Below, piece by piece: positions 19,371 through 28,180 of a DNA stretch of 64,000 bases; within the stretch, counting starts at the first letter, position 1; each line of letters starts with the position of its first letter. The stretch comes from an uncultured delta proteobacterium (GTDB lineage Bacteria > Desulfobacterota > RBG-13-43-22). Location of the stretch: positions 73,890 to 137,889 of the forward strand of contig CAVUPH010000032.1 in assembly GCA_963743305.1 (NCBI GenBank), given 5' to 3'. The notes beneath the pieces were generated by a model, which saw nothing but the letters and a program-made list of their open reading frames with translations, ran no database searches and was not told the DNA's origin. The position numbers and the translations under genes were made by a program.

Positions 19371-20694
19371 CTAACAAAATCCGAACATTTCCGTAAAAGT
19401 GAAGTTGGTCCCCACCAGGGGTATCCCGGTCATGGCGCAGGCCTCCAGAGTCAGGGAGCGGATGTCTTCCCGTTCCAGATTGGCCAGCTTGGTCTTCCCG
19501 GCGGCCTTGGCCAGGAGAACGGTCTCGTAAGTCATGGCCTGAATATAGTTGGCCACCCGTTGCGCCGCCGCCTCGATGTCCAGGTTCTTTCGCAATTCCG
19601 GGTCCTGGGTTCCGATCCCCCAGGGGCATTTTCCCTCGTGGCAGCGGAGGCAGACCACGCAGCCCATGGCGATCATGGCCCCGGTTCCGATGGCCACGGC
19701 ATCGGCGCCGATGGCCAAGGCCTTGGCTACATCGGCCCCGTCTTTGATCCCGCCGGAGACGATCAGACTCACCTCATCTTTGACGCCCATCTCCTCCAGG
19801 GCCCGGACGGCCTGGACCAGGGCCGGCAGGGTGGGGATCCCCAGGTGTTTGGAAGCCATGACCGGGGCGGCCCCGGTGCCGCCTTCGGAACCGTCGATGA
19901 CGACGCCGTCGGCGCCGGTCTTGACGGCGATCTTGACGTCTTCCTTAACCCGGCCGGCGGCCATCTTGATGAAGATGGGGATCTGATAGTCGGTCACGTC
20001 CCGCAGTTCCTGGATCTTCAAGACCATATCGTCGGCCCCGAAAATATCCCCATGGCGGGGATGACTGTGCAGGTCAATACCTTCCGGCAACTGCCGGAAT
20101 TGCGCAATTTCCTTGGTGATTTTACTGCCCATCAGGTGTCCGGAAAGACCGGGTTTGGCGCCGATGCCGGTGATCAGCTCCAGGGCATCAGCGGCCTCGA
20201 TGTTGGTCAGGGAAAAGCCCATCCGGCTGGGGGTGATCTGCACCACCTGTTTATAGGAATTCGCTCGTTCTTCGGGAAGCAACCCGCCTTCTCCATTGTT
20301 GATCGAGGTCCCCACGATCTGGGTGGACTTGGCCAGAGCGATTTTGGCCTCTTTGCTCAAGGCCCCATAAGACATGCCGGAAATCATGATCGGCGTTTCA
20401 ATGACCAGGGGTTTTTTGGCGAAGCGAGCCCCCAGGACCGTCCGGGTCTGGCAGTCCTCCCGGTAGGTGTCCACCGACAAACGGGAGAGCTGGGCCGCCA
20501 GGATGAGCAGGTCGTCGAAATTGGGATAGCGGGCTGGTGGAACCACATCCCCGTATCCGGTGCTTACCCGTATAGGCCTTGTATTTGACCTCGGCCACCG
20601 TTTCCGCATTCCAGACCCCGCGCTGGACATCCTTGGCCTTGGGCACCTTCCCTTTTTCCTCCTGGTATTGCTTATATTCTTTTTCCTCGGACAT
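19371..20694 (-). CDS. FMN-binding glutamate synthase domain protein (GlxD/MgsC/GltB2-like) (+1 frameshift near 20532)
   Basis: FDDL, MSYGALSKEAK, NGEGG, GAKPG..GHL...KI, DGSEGGTGA, SGGIKDGADVAKALAIGAD, CVVCLRCHEGKCPWGIGTQ [3Fe-4S] motif. Confidence 0.88.
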
Positions 20695-20696
20695 GG

Positions 20697-21401
20697 CTAC
20701 CTCCCCGGCTGAACCTGAAGATGTTGGGGTTTGAAGAGGTAATATTCGTGGCGGCCCAGGACCTTCGGAACCACACTCCGGAAGTGGTCCACCCCCTGCT
20801 CCAGACCATACTGCTTGAAAAGGCCTTCCAGCGCCTTTTTTTCTTCATCGGAAATGGGGATGATCGAGGCGTTTCCGCCCAGTTTGTCTTCCACCGCGGG
20901 GTCCAGGGTGTGAATGATGCCGTTGTACATGGACTCCCCAATAACCGGCCCCATTTCCCCGAGGACGATGATCCGTCCCCCCAGGGTCATGTATCCGGTC
21001 CACCGGCCCACACTGCCGCAAATGATGAGGTTGCCGCCTTTCATCCCCAGGCCGGCCCGGGTGCCGCTGTTTCCTTTGACCAGGATGGTACCCCCGAGCA
21101 TGGAAGGGCCGCAGTTGCTGCCGGTGTTCATCTCGACGATGATCTCCCCGGCCTTCATGTTGTCACCGGTGTACCAGCCGGTATTCCCCTTGACGTGCAG
21201 GGTCGGACCTTCCAGGAACCCACCGGTGTAGAAACCGGTGCTGCCCTCGACGGTGACGGTGCCTTCCCCTTTTAAGGCTGTAGCGAAATTGTGGACCGAG
21301 TGGGAATTCTTGATAACGATTTCCCGGTCCTGCTTAATGGTTTCCCTCAGTTTTCGGTTTACATCCCAACTGGTCATCCCGGCAATGTCTAAATTGACCA
21401 T
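20697..21401 (-). CDS. GXGXG beta-helix glutamate synthase domain protein (GlxC/MgsB/GltB3-like)
   Basis: Repeated V.G..G...G..M.GG.I.V.G units. Confidence 0.85.
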   Translation of the reverse strand: MVNLDIAGMTSWDVNRKLRETIKQDREIVIKNSHSVHNFATALKGEGTVTVEGSTGFYTGGFLEGPTLHVKGNTGWYTGDNMKAGEIIVEMNTGSNCGPSMLGGTILVKGNSGTRAGLGMKGGNLIICGSVGRWTGYMTLGGRIIVLGEMGPVIGESMYNGIIHTLDPAVEDKLGGNASIIPISDEEKKALEGLFKQYGLEQGVDHFRSVVPKVLGRHEYYLFKPQHLQVQPGR

Positions 21402-22288
21402 ACCTTTACTCCTCCTGGCTCCATCTCGGTGGCATACACATCCGAGACGATCGGGGTTAAGCAGATTTGCTCCGACCCAAATAGTACGGTCCCGTCTTCC
21501 CTTTCAAAGTAGAGCACCGGTTTAAAACCCAACCAATCCCGAAAGGCCCCTATCTGTTTATCCGTGCTGGCCAGGATGGTGAACACCCCGTCAAAGGCCT
21601 CCAGGGCCTGGTGCATGGCCCCTTCCAGGTCCTGTCCTTTTTCTTTCATCTGGTACGCGAGATACTGGGCCGCCAGCTCGGAGTCATTATTGGTCTTGAA
21701 GCGGACCCCCTTATTTTCCAGACTCCGCCGCATCTTGAAATAGTTGGTAAACTGGCCGTTATGGACTATAGCCAATTCCGGATAGAGGTAGGAGATAAAA
21801 GGATGGGCGAAGTTGATGTTTTCCACCGTCTCGGTAGCCAGGCGCACATGCCCGATACCGTGGGTGCAGGTTCCTACGCGGATCTCATGGGTGCGCTGCA
21901 GGTCTTCGGCCGAACCCTGGTCTTTGTAGACCTTCAAGTGTTGGCCCAGGGAGTGCACACATAATTGGGGATGACTGTCTATGTCCCAATGGAGCCGGCC
22001 GATCTGGGAAGGATCCATGTCGATGGATCCTTCATAAAAGCTGAAGATCCCCTCGCCATGGTAGCTGCGGGCCTTACGGACTTTGCCGAACATGGCGATG
22101 ATCTCCTCCAGCTCCCGCTCGTAACAGGGGTCGGTCAGGGAGGCTCGGATCTGGATGTCTTCCCGTTGCTCATACAGCGCCACCCCCGTCGCGTCCCGGC
22201 CGCGGTGCTCCAATTCCTTGAGCATATTGACCAGGTCCTGGGCCAGGGTGGGAGAATTTCTCCCGATTATTCCTGCTATCCCGCACAT
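21389..22288 (-). CDS. Class II (Ntn) glutamine amidotransferase (GlxB/MgsA/GltB1-like)
   Basis: MCGIAG with Cys nucleophile, HRG.DA.G, GIGHVRLATE, AHPF, VHNGQFTNY, DSE, RD.LG.KP. Confidence 0.88.
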   Translation of the reverse strand: MCGIAGIIGRNSPTLAQDLVNMLKELEHRGRDATGVALYEQREDIQIRASLTDPCYERELEEIIAMFGKVRKARSYHGEGIFSFYEGSIDMDPSQIGRLHWDIDSHPQLCVHSLGQHLKVYKDQGSAEDLQRTHEIRVGTCTHGIGHVRLATETVENINFAHPFISYLYPELAIVHNGQFTNYFKMRRSLENKGVRFKTNNDSELAAQYLAYQMKEKGQDLEGAMHQALEAFDGVFTILASTDKQIGAFRDWLGFKPVLYFEREDGTVLFGSEQICLTPIVSDVYATEMEPGGVKVWSI

Positions 22289-22353
22289 AATGGGTCTCCT
22301 TTTCCCTTGGAAAGGCCTAAATCGGCGAAAAAACGATTTCGCCCCCTCCGCTA

Positions 22354-23694
22354 TTAAAAATGAAAGGAATACTCATTGAACTCCCAGTCGGTTACGGCCT
22401 TGCGAAACCGTTCAATTTCATGCTCTTTGACGGCTACAAAGGCCTGGATCAGTTCGGGTCCCAAGGCCGAACAGAGGGTTTTATCGGCCTTCAACTCGGC
22501 CAGGGCATCCCGGAGATAAAGGGGAACCGTGGGATAGGTGCCCGGTTCGGCTCCGTAGATATCCCCTTCGATGGGCCGGCCCGGATCTATTTTGTTTTCA
22601 ATGCCGTCCAGGCCGGCGGCAAAGGCCGCGGCATAAACCAAATAGGGATTGGCCGAAGCGCAGGGGGCGCGGTTTTCAATCCGGGTCGCCGGCCCTCGTT
22701 CCCCGGGGATCCGGCAGTAGACCGTCCGGTTGTCCAGGCCCCAGACGATAAAATAGGGGGCGAAGGCATTGGGCACGTAACGTTTATAGGAATTGATCGT
22801 GGGGGCCAGCAGGGCCGACATCCCTTTGGCATGGGCCATCAGCCCCCCTAGGAACCAGCGCATGAGGTCAGACATCCCCCAATGCGGACTTTCAGGATCA
22901 TGGAACAGGTTTTTCCGCGAAGCCGGATCGCTCAACGAGAGATGGATATGAAAACCGTTTCCCCCACTTTCGGTCTTGGGACGGGCCATGAAGGTCAACA
23001 GCAGATCATTTTGAAAGGCAATTTCTTTGCATATGTATTTAAAGGTAAAAGTCTGATCAGCCACATCCATGGCCTGAGCGTACTTCCAGTTGATCTCGAA
23101 TTGCCCGGGAAAAAACTCGTGGTTGCAATAGATGATCTCCAACCCCAGTTCCAAAAAGGTATTCTGCAACTTTCGCAAGAGTCCGAGACGATCCACGCGG
23201 GGATTGGCCGTATAGACGTTGGAAAGGTTGGGGTTATACGACCCGCCCACCCCGGCGGCGTCCTGATTGAAGACAAAGAACTCCAACTCGGCGGCAGCCA
23301 CCGGCCGTAAATTTTTTTCCTCGTATTTTTTTAAGATCCCCTGGAGTACGTTTCGGGGATCGACCGGGTGGGGCACTCCATCCCGCTGGGCACTGGCGAT
23401 GAAACGGGCGGTCCCCTCCAGGTGGGGCAACACGGCAAAGGTCTGGGGATCGGGGATCAGGGTCATATCACGCCATTCGATTTCCGGCCCCATGCCGGTC
23501 CCCATGGCTACATCGTTGGCCAGATCGATGGCATAGGTGGCCTGGGCGAAGTTGATGCCCTCCTGGAGGACCTCTTCCAATCGCCGGGCGGGAGCCAGTT
23601 TACTGCGGCAGATCCCGAACAAATCCGGGAAATCAATTCGGAGGGTGTCGATCTGTTGAGCCTTGATTATTTCCTTAATTTCATTGAGCTCCAT
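22354..23694 (-). CDS. Glutamine synthetase-like gamma-glutamylamide ligase (GlnT/GmaS/PuuA/IpuC-like)
   Basis: ELEFF, HE..PGQFE, TFMARP, GNGFHIH.S, NSYKR, WG.DNR, RIENR, ANPYL. Lacks the DGSS and GYEAP ammonium-site signatures. Confidence 0.85.
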   Translation of the reverse strand: MELNEIKEIIKAQQIDTLRIDFPDLFGICRSKLAPARRLEEVLQEGINFAQATYAIDLANDVAMGTGMGPEIEWRDMTLIPDPQTFAVLPHLEGTARFIASAQRDGVPHPVDPRNVLQGILKKYEEKNLRPVAAAELEFFVFNQDAAGVGGSYNPNLSNVYTANPRVDRLGLLRKLQNTFLELGLEIIYCNHEFFPGQFEINWKYAQAMDVADQTFTFKYICKEIAFQNDLLLTFMARPKTESGGNGFHIHLSLSDPASRKNLFHDPESPHWGMSDLMRWFLGGLMAHAKGMSALLAPTINSYKRYVPNAFAPYFIVWGLDNRTVYCRIPGERGPATRIENRAPCASANPYLVYAAAFAAGLDGIENKIDPGRPIEGDIYGAEPGTYPTVPLYLRDALAELKADKTLCSALGPELIQAFVAVKEHEIERFRKAVTDWEFNEYSFHF

Positions 23695-23732
23695 GATTCC
23701 ACCTTTCTCTCCTTCGTCTAGCGGTTGACCCC

Positions 23733-23749
23733 GTTGTAAACATTACAAC
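23733..23749. promoter_or_regulatory. Palindromic operator GTTGTAA-ACA-TTACAAC (TTGT-N7-ACAA, HexR/RpiR-type)
   Basis: Perfect 7-bp inverted repeat between the promoter and the first gene of the BMC operon. Confidence 0.6.
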
Positions 23750-23763
23750 AATTTTTTGAAAAG

Positions 23764-23793
23764 ATATTATTTTTATTTCATAATAACTGTCAA
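23764..23793 (-). promoter_or_regulatory. Sigma70-type promoter of the BMC operon
   Basis: Minus strand TTGACA (23793-23788), 18-nt spacer, TAATAT (23769-23764), in an AT-rich intergenic region. Confidence 0.55.
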
Positions 23794-23996
23794 GCGAAAA
23801 ATTACTTCAACGGCTTTATTTATTTTTATTTCATAATTTTTAGTAAAATTAGTCTCTTAGAAATAATGACCGCTGCCTGAAGTCTTTCTTCGCAAAAAAA
23901 TGTTGATTTATTTCATTATCTTTAAATAATGTTACGAGGGTTTTCGTCCCAATTGTTTTCCGACCCTCTTGAAACCGCAGGCCGGGGGTGAAAAAA

Positions 23997-24707
23997 ATGA
24001 AAATACATTTAATTGAACACGATCCCGCGCACCTTCCAACCAACATCGAACCCTGGGCCCGGGAAAGGGGGCATTCCCTTTCTAAAACCGAAATCTTTCG
24101 AGGGGAGCCTTTCCCAGCAGCGGATACTTATGATTGGCTCATGGTCATGGGCGGATCGCAACATGCCTGGGAAGAACCCCTCTATCCCTGGCTGGTGTCT
24201 GAGAAGGATGGGATCGCCCAGGCCCTAGCCCGGAAGAAGATCATCCTGGGTATTTGTTTCGGGGCTCAGCTTTTAGCCGAGGCCCTCGGCGGAAAAGTGT
24301 TCCCCAACCGGCAGAAAGAAATTGGCTGGTATCCGGTGGTTCAGACCCCGGAGGGCCGATCCTCCGTGTTTTTTCAGGATATCCCCGGGCGTTTCACCAG
24401 CTTTCACTGGCACAGCGATCATTTCGATCTTCCGGCCGGCGCGGTGCGCTTGGCCTTCAACGACTGCTCGACCAACCAGGCCTTCATCCACCCGGAATAT
24501 CCTCTACTGGTACTCCAATTCCATCCCGAGTACACCCGGGAAATGGTCAGGCATTACGCGCGAGAATTCGGGAACGAGTGGCCTCCGGGACCTTTTGTGG
24601 CGGGGAAGGATCAGACCCTGGCTCAAGCCGAAGCGGTCCCGGACACCTACGGGCTGATGGAAAAAATCCTGGACAACATGGTTAAGGCCTTTGGACAAAC
24701 CCGTTAA
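23997..24707 (+). CDS. Class I glutamine amidotransferase-like hydrolase (possible gamma-glutamylamide hydrolase)
   Basis: VMGG, LGICFGAQLLA, EIGW, FHWH.D.F, QFHPE (Cys-His-Glu triad). Confidence 0.88.
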   Translation: MKIHLIEHDPAHLPTNIEPWARERGHSLSKTEIFRGEPFPAADTYDWLMVMGGSQHAWEEPLYPWLVSEKDGIAQALARKKIILGICFGAQLLAEALGGKVFPNRQKEIGWYPVVQTPEGRSSVFFQDIPGRFTSFHWHSDHFDLPAGAVRLAFNDCSTNQAFIHPEYPLLVLQFHPEYTREMVRHYAREFGNEWPPGPFVAGKDQTLAQAEAVPDTYGLMEKILDNMVKAFGQTR

Positions 24708-24760
24708 AGCACTAAATAACGTTACTTCGGGACTAAACCTAAATTGGAAAGGGGTAACCG

Positions 24761-25153
24761 ATGAAATTCTTGGTTGGATTTGACGGTTCAAACAGCGCCA
24801 AAGCTGCTCTGGCCTTGGCGCGTACTTACGCTAAAACATTCAATGCCGGCATCATGGTAGTCGCTTCAGTGGAAGGAGATATTATAAATCGAGATGCTCA
24901 GATGGAGAAAGCCAATGCCAACCTTACCTACGCCGCTCAGTTTCTGGCGGATGAGAGTATCCCCACCGAGATAGAGATTCTGGCCCGGGGATTTAAGCCT
25001 GGCGAGGACATCGTAAAATTTGCCGATCAAAACCAGTTTGACGCCGTTTTTATCGGTTTGAGGAGACGTTCCAGGGTTGATAAGCTGTTTTTCGGATCCA
25101 ATGCGCAGTTCATCATTTTATATGCGCCCTGCCCGGTTATCTCGGTGAAATAG
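24761..25153 (+). CDS. Universal stress protein (USP)
   Basis: LVGFDGS..A..AL, G.R.RS.V.KL.FGS.AQ.IIL.APCPV. Confidence 0.9.
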   Translation: MKFLVGFDGSNSAKAALALARTYAKTFNAGIMVVASVEGDIINRDAQMEKANANLTYAAQFLADESIPTEIEILARGFKPGEDIVKFADQNQFDAVFIGLRRRSRVDKLFFGSNAQFIILYAPCPVISVK

Positions 25154-25158
25154 TTTCC

Positions 25159-25407
25159 CGTGTTCGAGGACCCCGGTGCACAAGGGATCGTAATTCATGC
25201 CGATCTGATCGAGCCGATTAGCGAGACCCTGCCGCAGGGCATACCGGTACTGTTCTTACCACCGCACCGGAGGTCGGTGAGGCCTATAGCGTTCCGGCCG
25301 AGGCGCGTGCCGTTACCTCTGGGATGGTAGAGTGGGCACCCTGGTTAGAAAGTTTTTCGCCGTACGCCGGCCCTTTGGAGACAGCGCCCGGCACCTTGTT
25401 CTACACT
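25159..25407 (+). pseudogene. Internal fragment of an acyl-CoA synthetase (AMP-binding family)
   Basis: Hand translation VFEDPGAQGIVIHADLIEPI...LPQG..VL / APEVGEAYSVPAEARAV..G..EW..WL...PY.GP...APGTLFYT. Breaks off exactly where YTSGTTG is expected and contains a frameshift. Confidence 0.45.
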
Positions 25408-25491
25408 GATGGAAAAGATCCGGGACAACAGGGTAAAGGCTTTTGGATTGGCTCGCTAACGGGCCACCAGGGAAAGAGAAAGGAGGAAACT

Positions 25492-26466
25492 ATGGGCAAG
25501 ATACCGGTTTCTTTCGACCTAGAGAGGGGCGCAGCGGCTTTAAAACATCGGTCGCTTTCGGAGGGACTACCCGGTAAAATTTCCTTTTGGAACCAGGCCC
25601 TTTCTCCCTTACCCGCCGAGGACCTTCCGGCCGGCATCGCCTTTCTTGACCGGGAATTCATTCTCCGCCGTCAGAATAAACAATATGCCGAGTATCTGCG
25701 GCTTTATTCGCCCTTCGGCCCGGAGCAGGCTTTAGGTCGGTGCTATTTCGACTATCTGCCGGGGAGCCGGGAGCAACTGGAGGAGTGGTTCCGGGAAACC
25801 CGGGACTGTGGCCGGTGTGAAACCCAATACGAATATCCTCTCCGATTGACCTATCCCACCCAAGAAAATCTGACCTATTGGAACGTTTCCATGACGGCCG
25901 TTTCCCGTTTTTCCTCCCAGGTAGAAGGCATCGTGATTTTCTGCATCGATAGGACTCCGGAGAAAAGGGCCACTCAAATCCTGCACGATCAACAGACGGA
26001 GTTGGAAAGGCAGGCCGGACAGCTTGAAGAGGCGAAAACCGCCTTGCGTTTTTTACAATTCCTGCGGGAGGAAGATATTAAAGAGCTGGGACTGCGACTG
26101 ACGGCGAACACCCGGAACCTCATCCAGCCCACCCTGCAACAACTCAAGAACTGTTGCCCGCATAAACAACAGCGCACCCTTTTGCAAACGATCGAATCCT
26201 GCCTGGAGGTAATCGTCGGGCCCTTTTCCCGCCGTTTACAGAATGCCGCCTTCGACCTGACCCCCAAAGAAATCGTGATCGCCAATCATATCAAATCCGG
26301 CAGGACCAGCAAAGAAATCGCGGAACTCCTCTCGGTTTCCACCTCCAGTATCGATTTCCACCGCAATAACATCAGGAAAAAACTTGGAATTAACAAGAAA
26401 AAGGGGACCGGGTTGAGGGAGCATTTGTTTTCCCTGACTAGGGAACAATACCAGCTTCTTCCATAA
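25492..26466 (+). CDS. PAS-domain + LuxR-type HTH transcriptional regulator
   Basis: PAGIAFLD...N..Y PAS-like region, coiled coil, LTPKE..IA..IK.G.TSKEIA..L..S..I.FHR.NIRKKLG. RBS AAGGAGG. Confidence 0.85.
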   Translation: MGKIPVSFDLERGAAALKHRSLSEGLPGKISFWNQALSPLPAEDLPAGIAFLDREFILRRQNKQYAEYLRLYSPFGPEQALGRCYFDYLPGSREQLEEWFRETRDCGRCETQYEYPLRLTYPTQENLTYWNVSMTAVSRFSSQVEGIVIFCIDRTPEKRATQILHDQQTELERQAGQLEEAKTALRFLQFLREEDIKELGLRLTANTRNLIQPTLQQLKNCCPHKQQRTLLQTIESCLEVIVGPFSRRLQNAAFDLTPKEIVIANHIKSGRTSKEIAELLSVSTSSIDFHRNNIRKKLGINKKKGTGLREHLFSLTREQYQLLP

Positions 26467-26676
26467 ATTAATTCCCTATTTTTTTACTATTTACAATTTC
26501 ATGGTTCCTTCTAATATCGTAACCTTAATAAACTGGCCCGCCGCAAGCGCAAGCGGACGGGGTATCTGAGACTTCAATAAGGAATGGTCATTCTTAGCCA
26601 GCTTAGGGGAATTTGACTCCAATGGAGATTAAATTCGAAATTGGGGTTTTTCCTTTCAGCGCGAAAGGAGGTTTTC

Positions 26677-27927
26677 ATGACGCCGAACAACCCTTATGAG
26701 ATTGCCCGACAGCAGGTGGATATTGCCGGAAAACATCTGGATCTGAATCCGGGCATCCTGGAAATGCTGAAGAGCACCAAGCGCGAGGTGGTGGTCCACT
26801 TCCCGGTGAAGCTCGACGACGGATCTTTGAAGATCTTTACCGGTTACCGGGTGGTCCATAACCCGGCCCGGGGCCCGGCCAAGGGCGGAATCCGCTACCA
26901 TCCGGACGTGAACCTGGATGAAGTGCGGGCCCTGTCCATGTGGATGACCTGGAAGACCGCCGTAGTCAACATCCCCTTCGGCGGGTCCAAGGGGGGGGTC
27001 TGCTGCAACCCCAAGGGAATGTCGCTCCGGGAGATTGAAAATCTGACCCGACGATTTACCTGGGAGATCGCCCCTTATATTGGCCCGGAAAGCGACATCC
27101 CGGCCCCGGATGTCTATACCAACCCCCAGGTCATGGCCTGGATCATGGATACCTACAGCATCCTGAAAGGCTATACGGTCCCTGGGGTGGTAACCGGGAA
27201 GCCGGTCGAACTGGGTGGGTCCCTGGGGCGGCTAGAAGCCACAGGCAAAGGGGTTTTTATAACGGCCCGGGAGGCGGCCCAACGGATCGGCCTGCCGCTG
27301 GAGGGCGCGCGGGTGGTCATTCAAGGGGCCGGCAATGTGGGCGGGATCGCCGCCCGGAATTTTAGCCGGGCCGGATGCCGGGTTATCGCCATCAGCGACA
27401 CCAAGGGAGGTATCTATAATTCCTCGGGGCTGGATGTCGAAAAGGCCCTGGATTGCAAGGATCGCTCCCAATGCTTCCTGACCCGGGAACTGGAAGTGGA
27501 AGACATCCGGAAGGAGGAACTCCTGGAACTGGAGTGCGATATCCTGGTGCCGGCGGCCCTGGAAAACCAAATCACGGAAAAAAACGCCCCGCGACTGAAA
27601 TGCCGGATCATCGCCGAAGGGGCCAACGGCCCGACCACCCCTGCCGCGGATGAAATCCTCTTCGATCGGGGGGTCCTGGTCGTGCCCGACATCCTGGCCA
27701 ACGCCGGAGGCGTCACCGTTTCTTATTTTGAATGGGTTCAGAACCTCCAGGAGCTGTTCTGGAGCGAGGAAGAGGTTTACGACCGGCTCCAGAAGATCTT
27801 AAGCCGGGCTTTTGCCGAAACCGATCAGATCGCCCGGCAGAAAAAGATCTCTATGCGCACGGCCGCTTATATCCTGGGGATCCAGCGGGTGGCCAAGGCG
27901 ATGGAACTGAGAGGGATCTATCCCTAA
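26677..27927 (+). CDS. gdhA: Glutamate dehydrogenase (Glu/Leu/Phe/Val family)
   Basis: GPAKGGIRYHP, MTWK, PFGGSKGG, DIPAPDV, VTGKP, GR.EATG.G, QGAGNVG, EGANGP, NAGGVTVSYFEW. Confidence 0.92.
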   Translation: MTPNNPYEIARQQVDIAGKHLDLNPGILEMLKSTKREVVVHFPVKLDDGSLKIFTGYRVVHNPARGPAKGGIRYHPDVNLDEVRALSMWMTWKTAVVNIPFGGSKGGVCCNPKGMSLREIENLTRRFTWEIAPYIGPESDIPAPDVYTNPQVMAWIMDTYSILKGYTVPGVVTGKPVELGGSLGRLEATGKGVFITAREAAQRIGLPLEGARVVIQGAGNVGGIAARNFSRAGCRVIAISDTKGGIYNSSGLDVEKALDCKDRSQCFLTRELEVEDIRKEELLELECDILVPAALENQITEKNAPRLKCRIIAEGANGPTTPAADEILFDRGVLVVPDILANAGGVTVSYFEWVQNLQELFWSEEEVYDRLQKILSRAFAETDQIARQKKISMRTAAYILGIQRVAKAMELRGIYP

Positions 27928-28180
27928 AAGAGGCGGCCTGGCAGAAGGCGGGATCCAGGCTGGACGGTACCTTAGCCTTTTTTTCTATTTTGTTTGGTAT
28001 TAGTTACCCTTTATGGGCCGGCGCCAGACCAAGTTGCCTTTTACTTCGTAGGTGCCACAATATTCCTGAGGACTGCTGCAAGGCAGCGGGAGGGGCCGGG
28101 GCTAATCAAGTCGCCTCTGCTCTGTCGACTTTTTCCAGTCCGCACATCGCGGTGGATAATAAAATCATAAGGAGAGCGCT

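Noticed and set aside
19356-20588. Long antisense ORFs (also 5734-6861, 17842-18969, 28856-29905, 41946-43091, 54234-55220)
   Set aside because: Shadows of well-supported genes on the opposite strand in GC-rich DNA, with no recognisable motifs.
12159-20694. Programmed ribosomal frameshifting or Sec/Pyl recoding
   Set aside because: The breaks are single-base insertions with no consistent slippery site, not in-frame TGA/TAG codons, and the same pattern hits secDF.
25324-25491. N-terminal extension of the PAS-LuxR ORF
   Set aside because: A strong RBS precedes the ATG at 25492, and the upstream codons belong partly to an acyl-CoA synthetase remnant.
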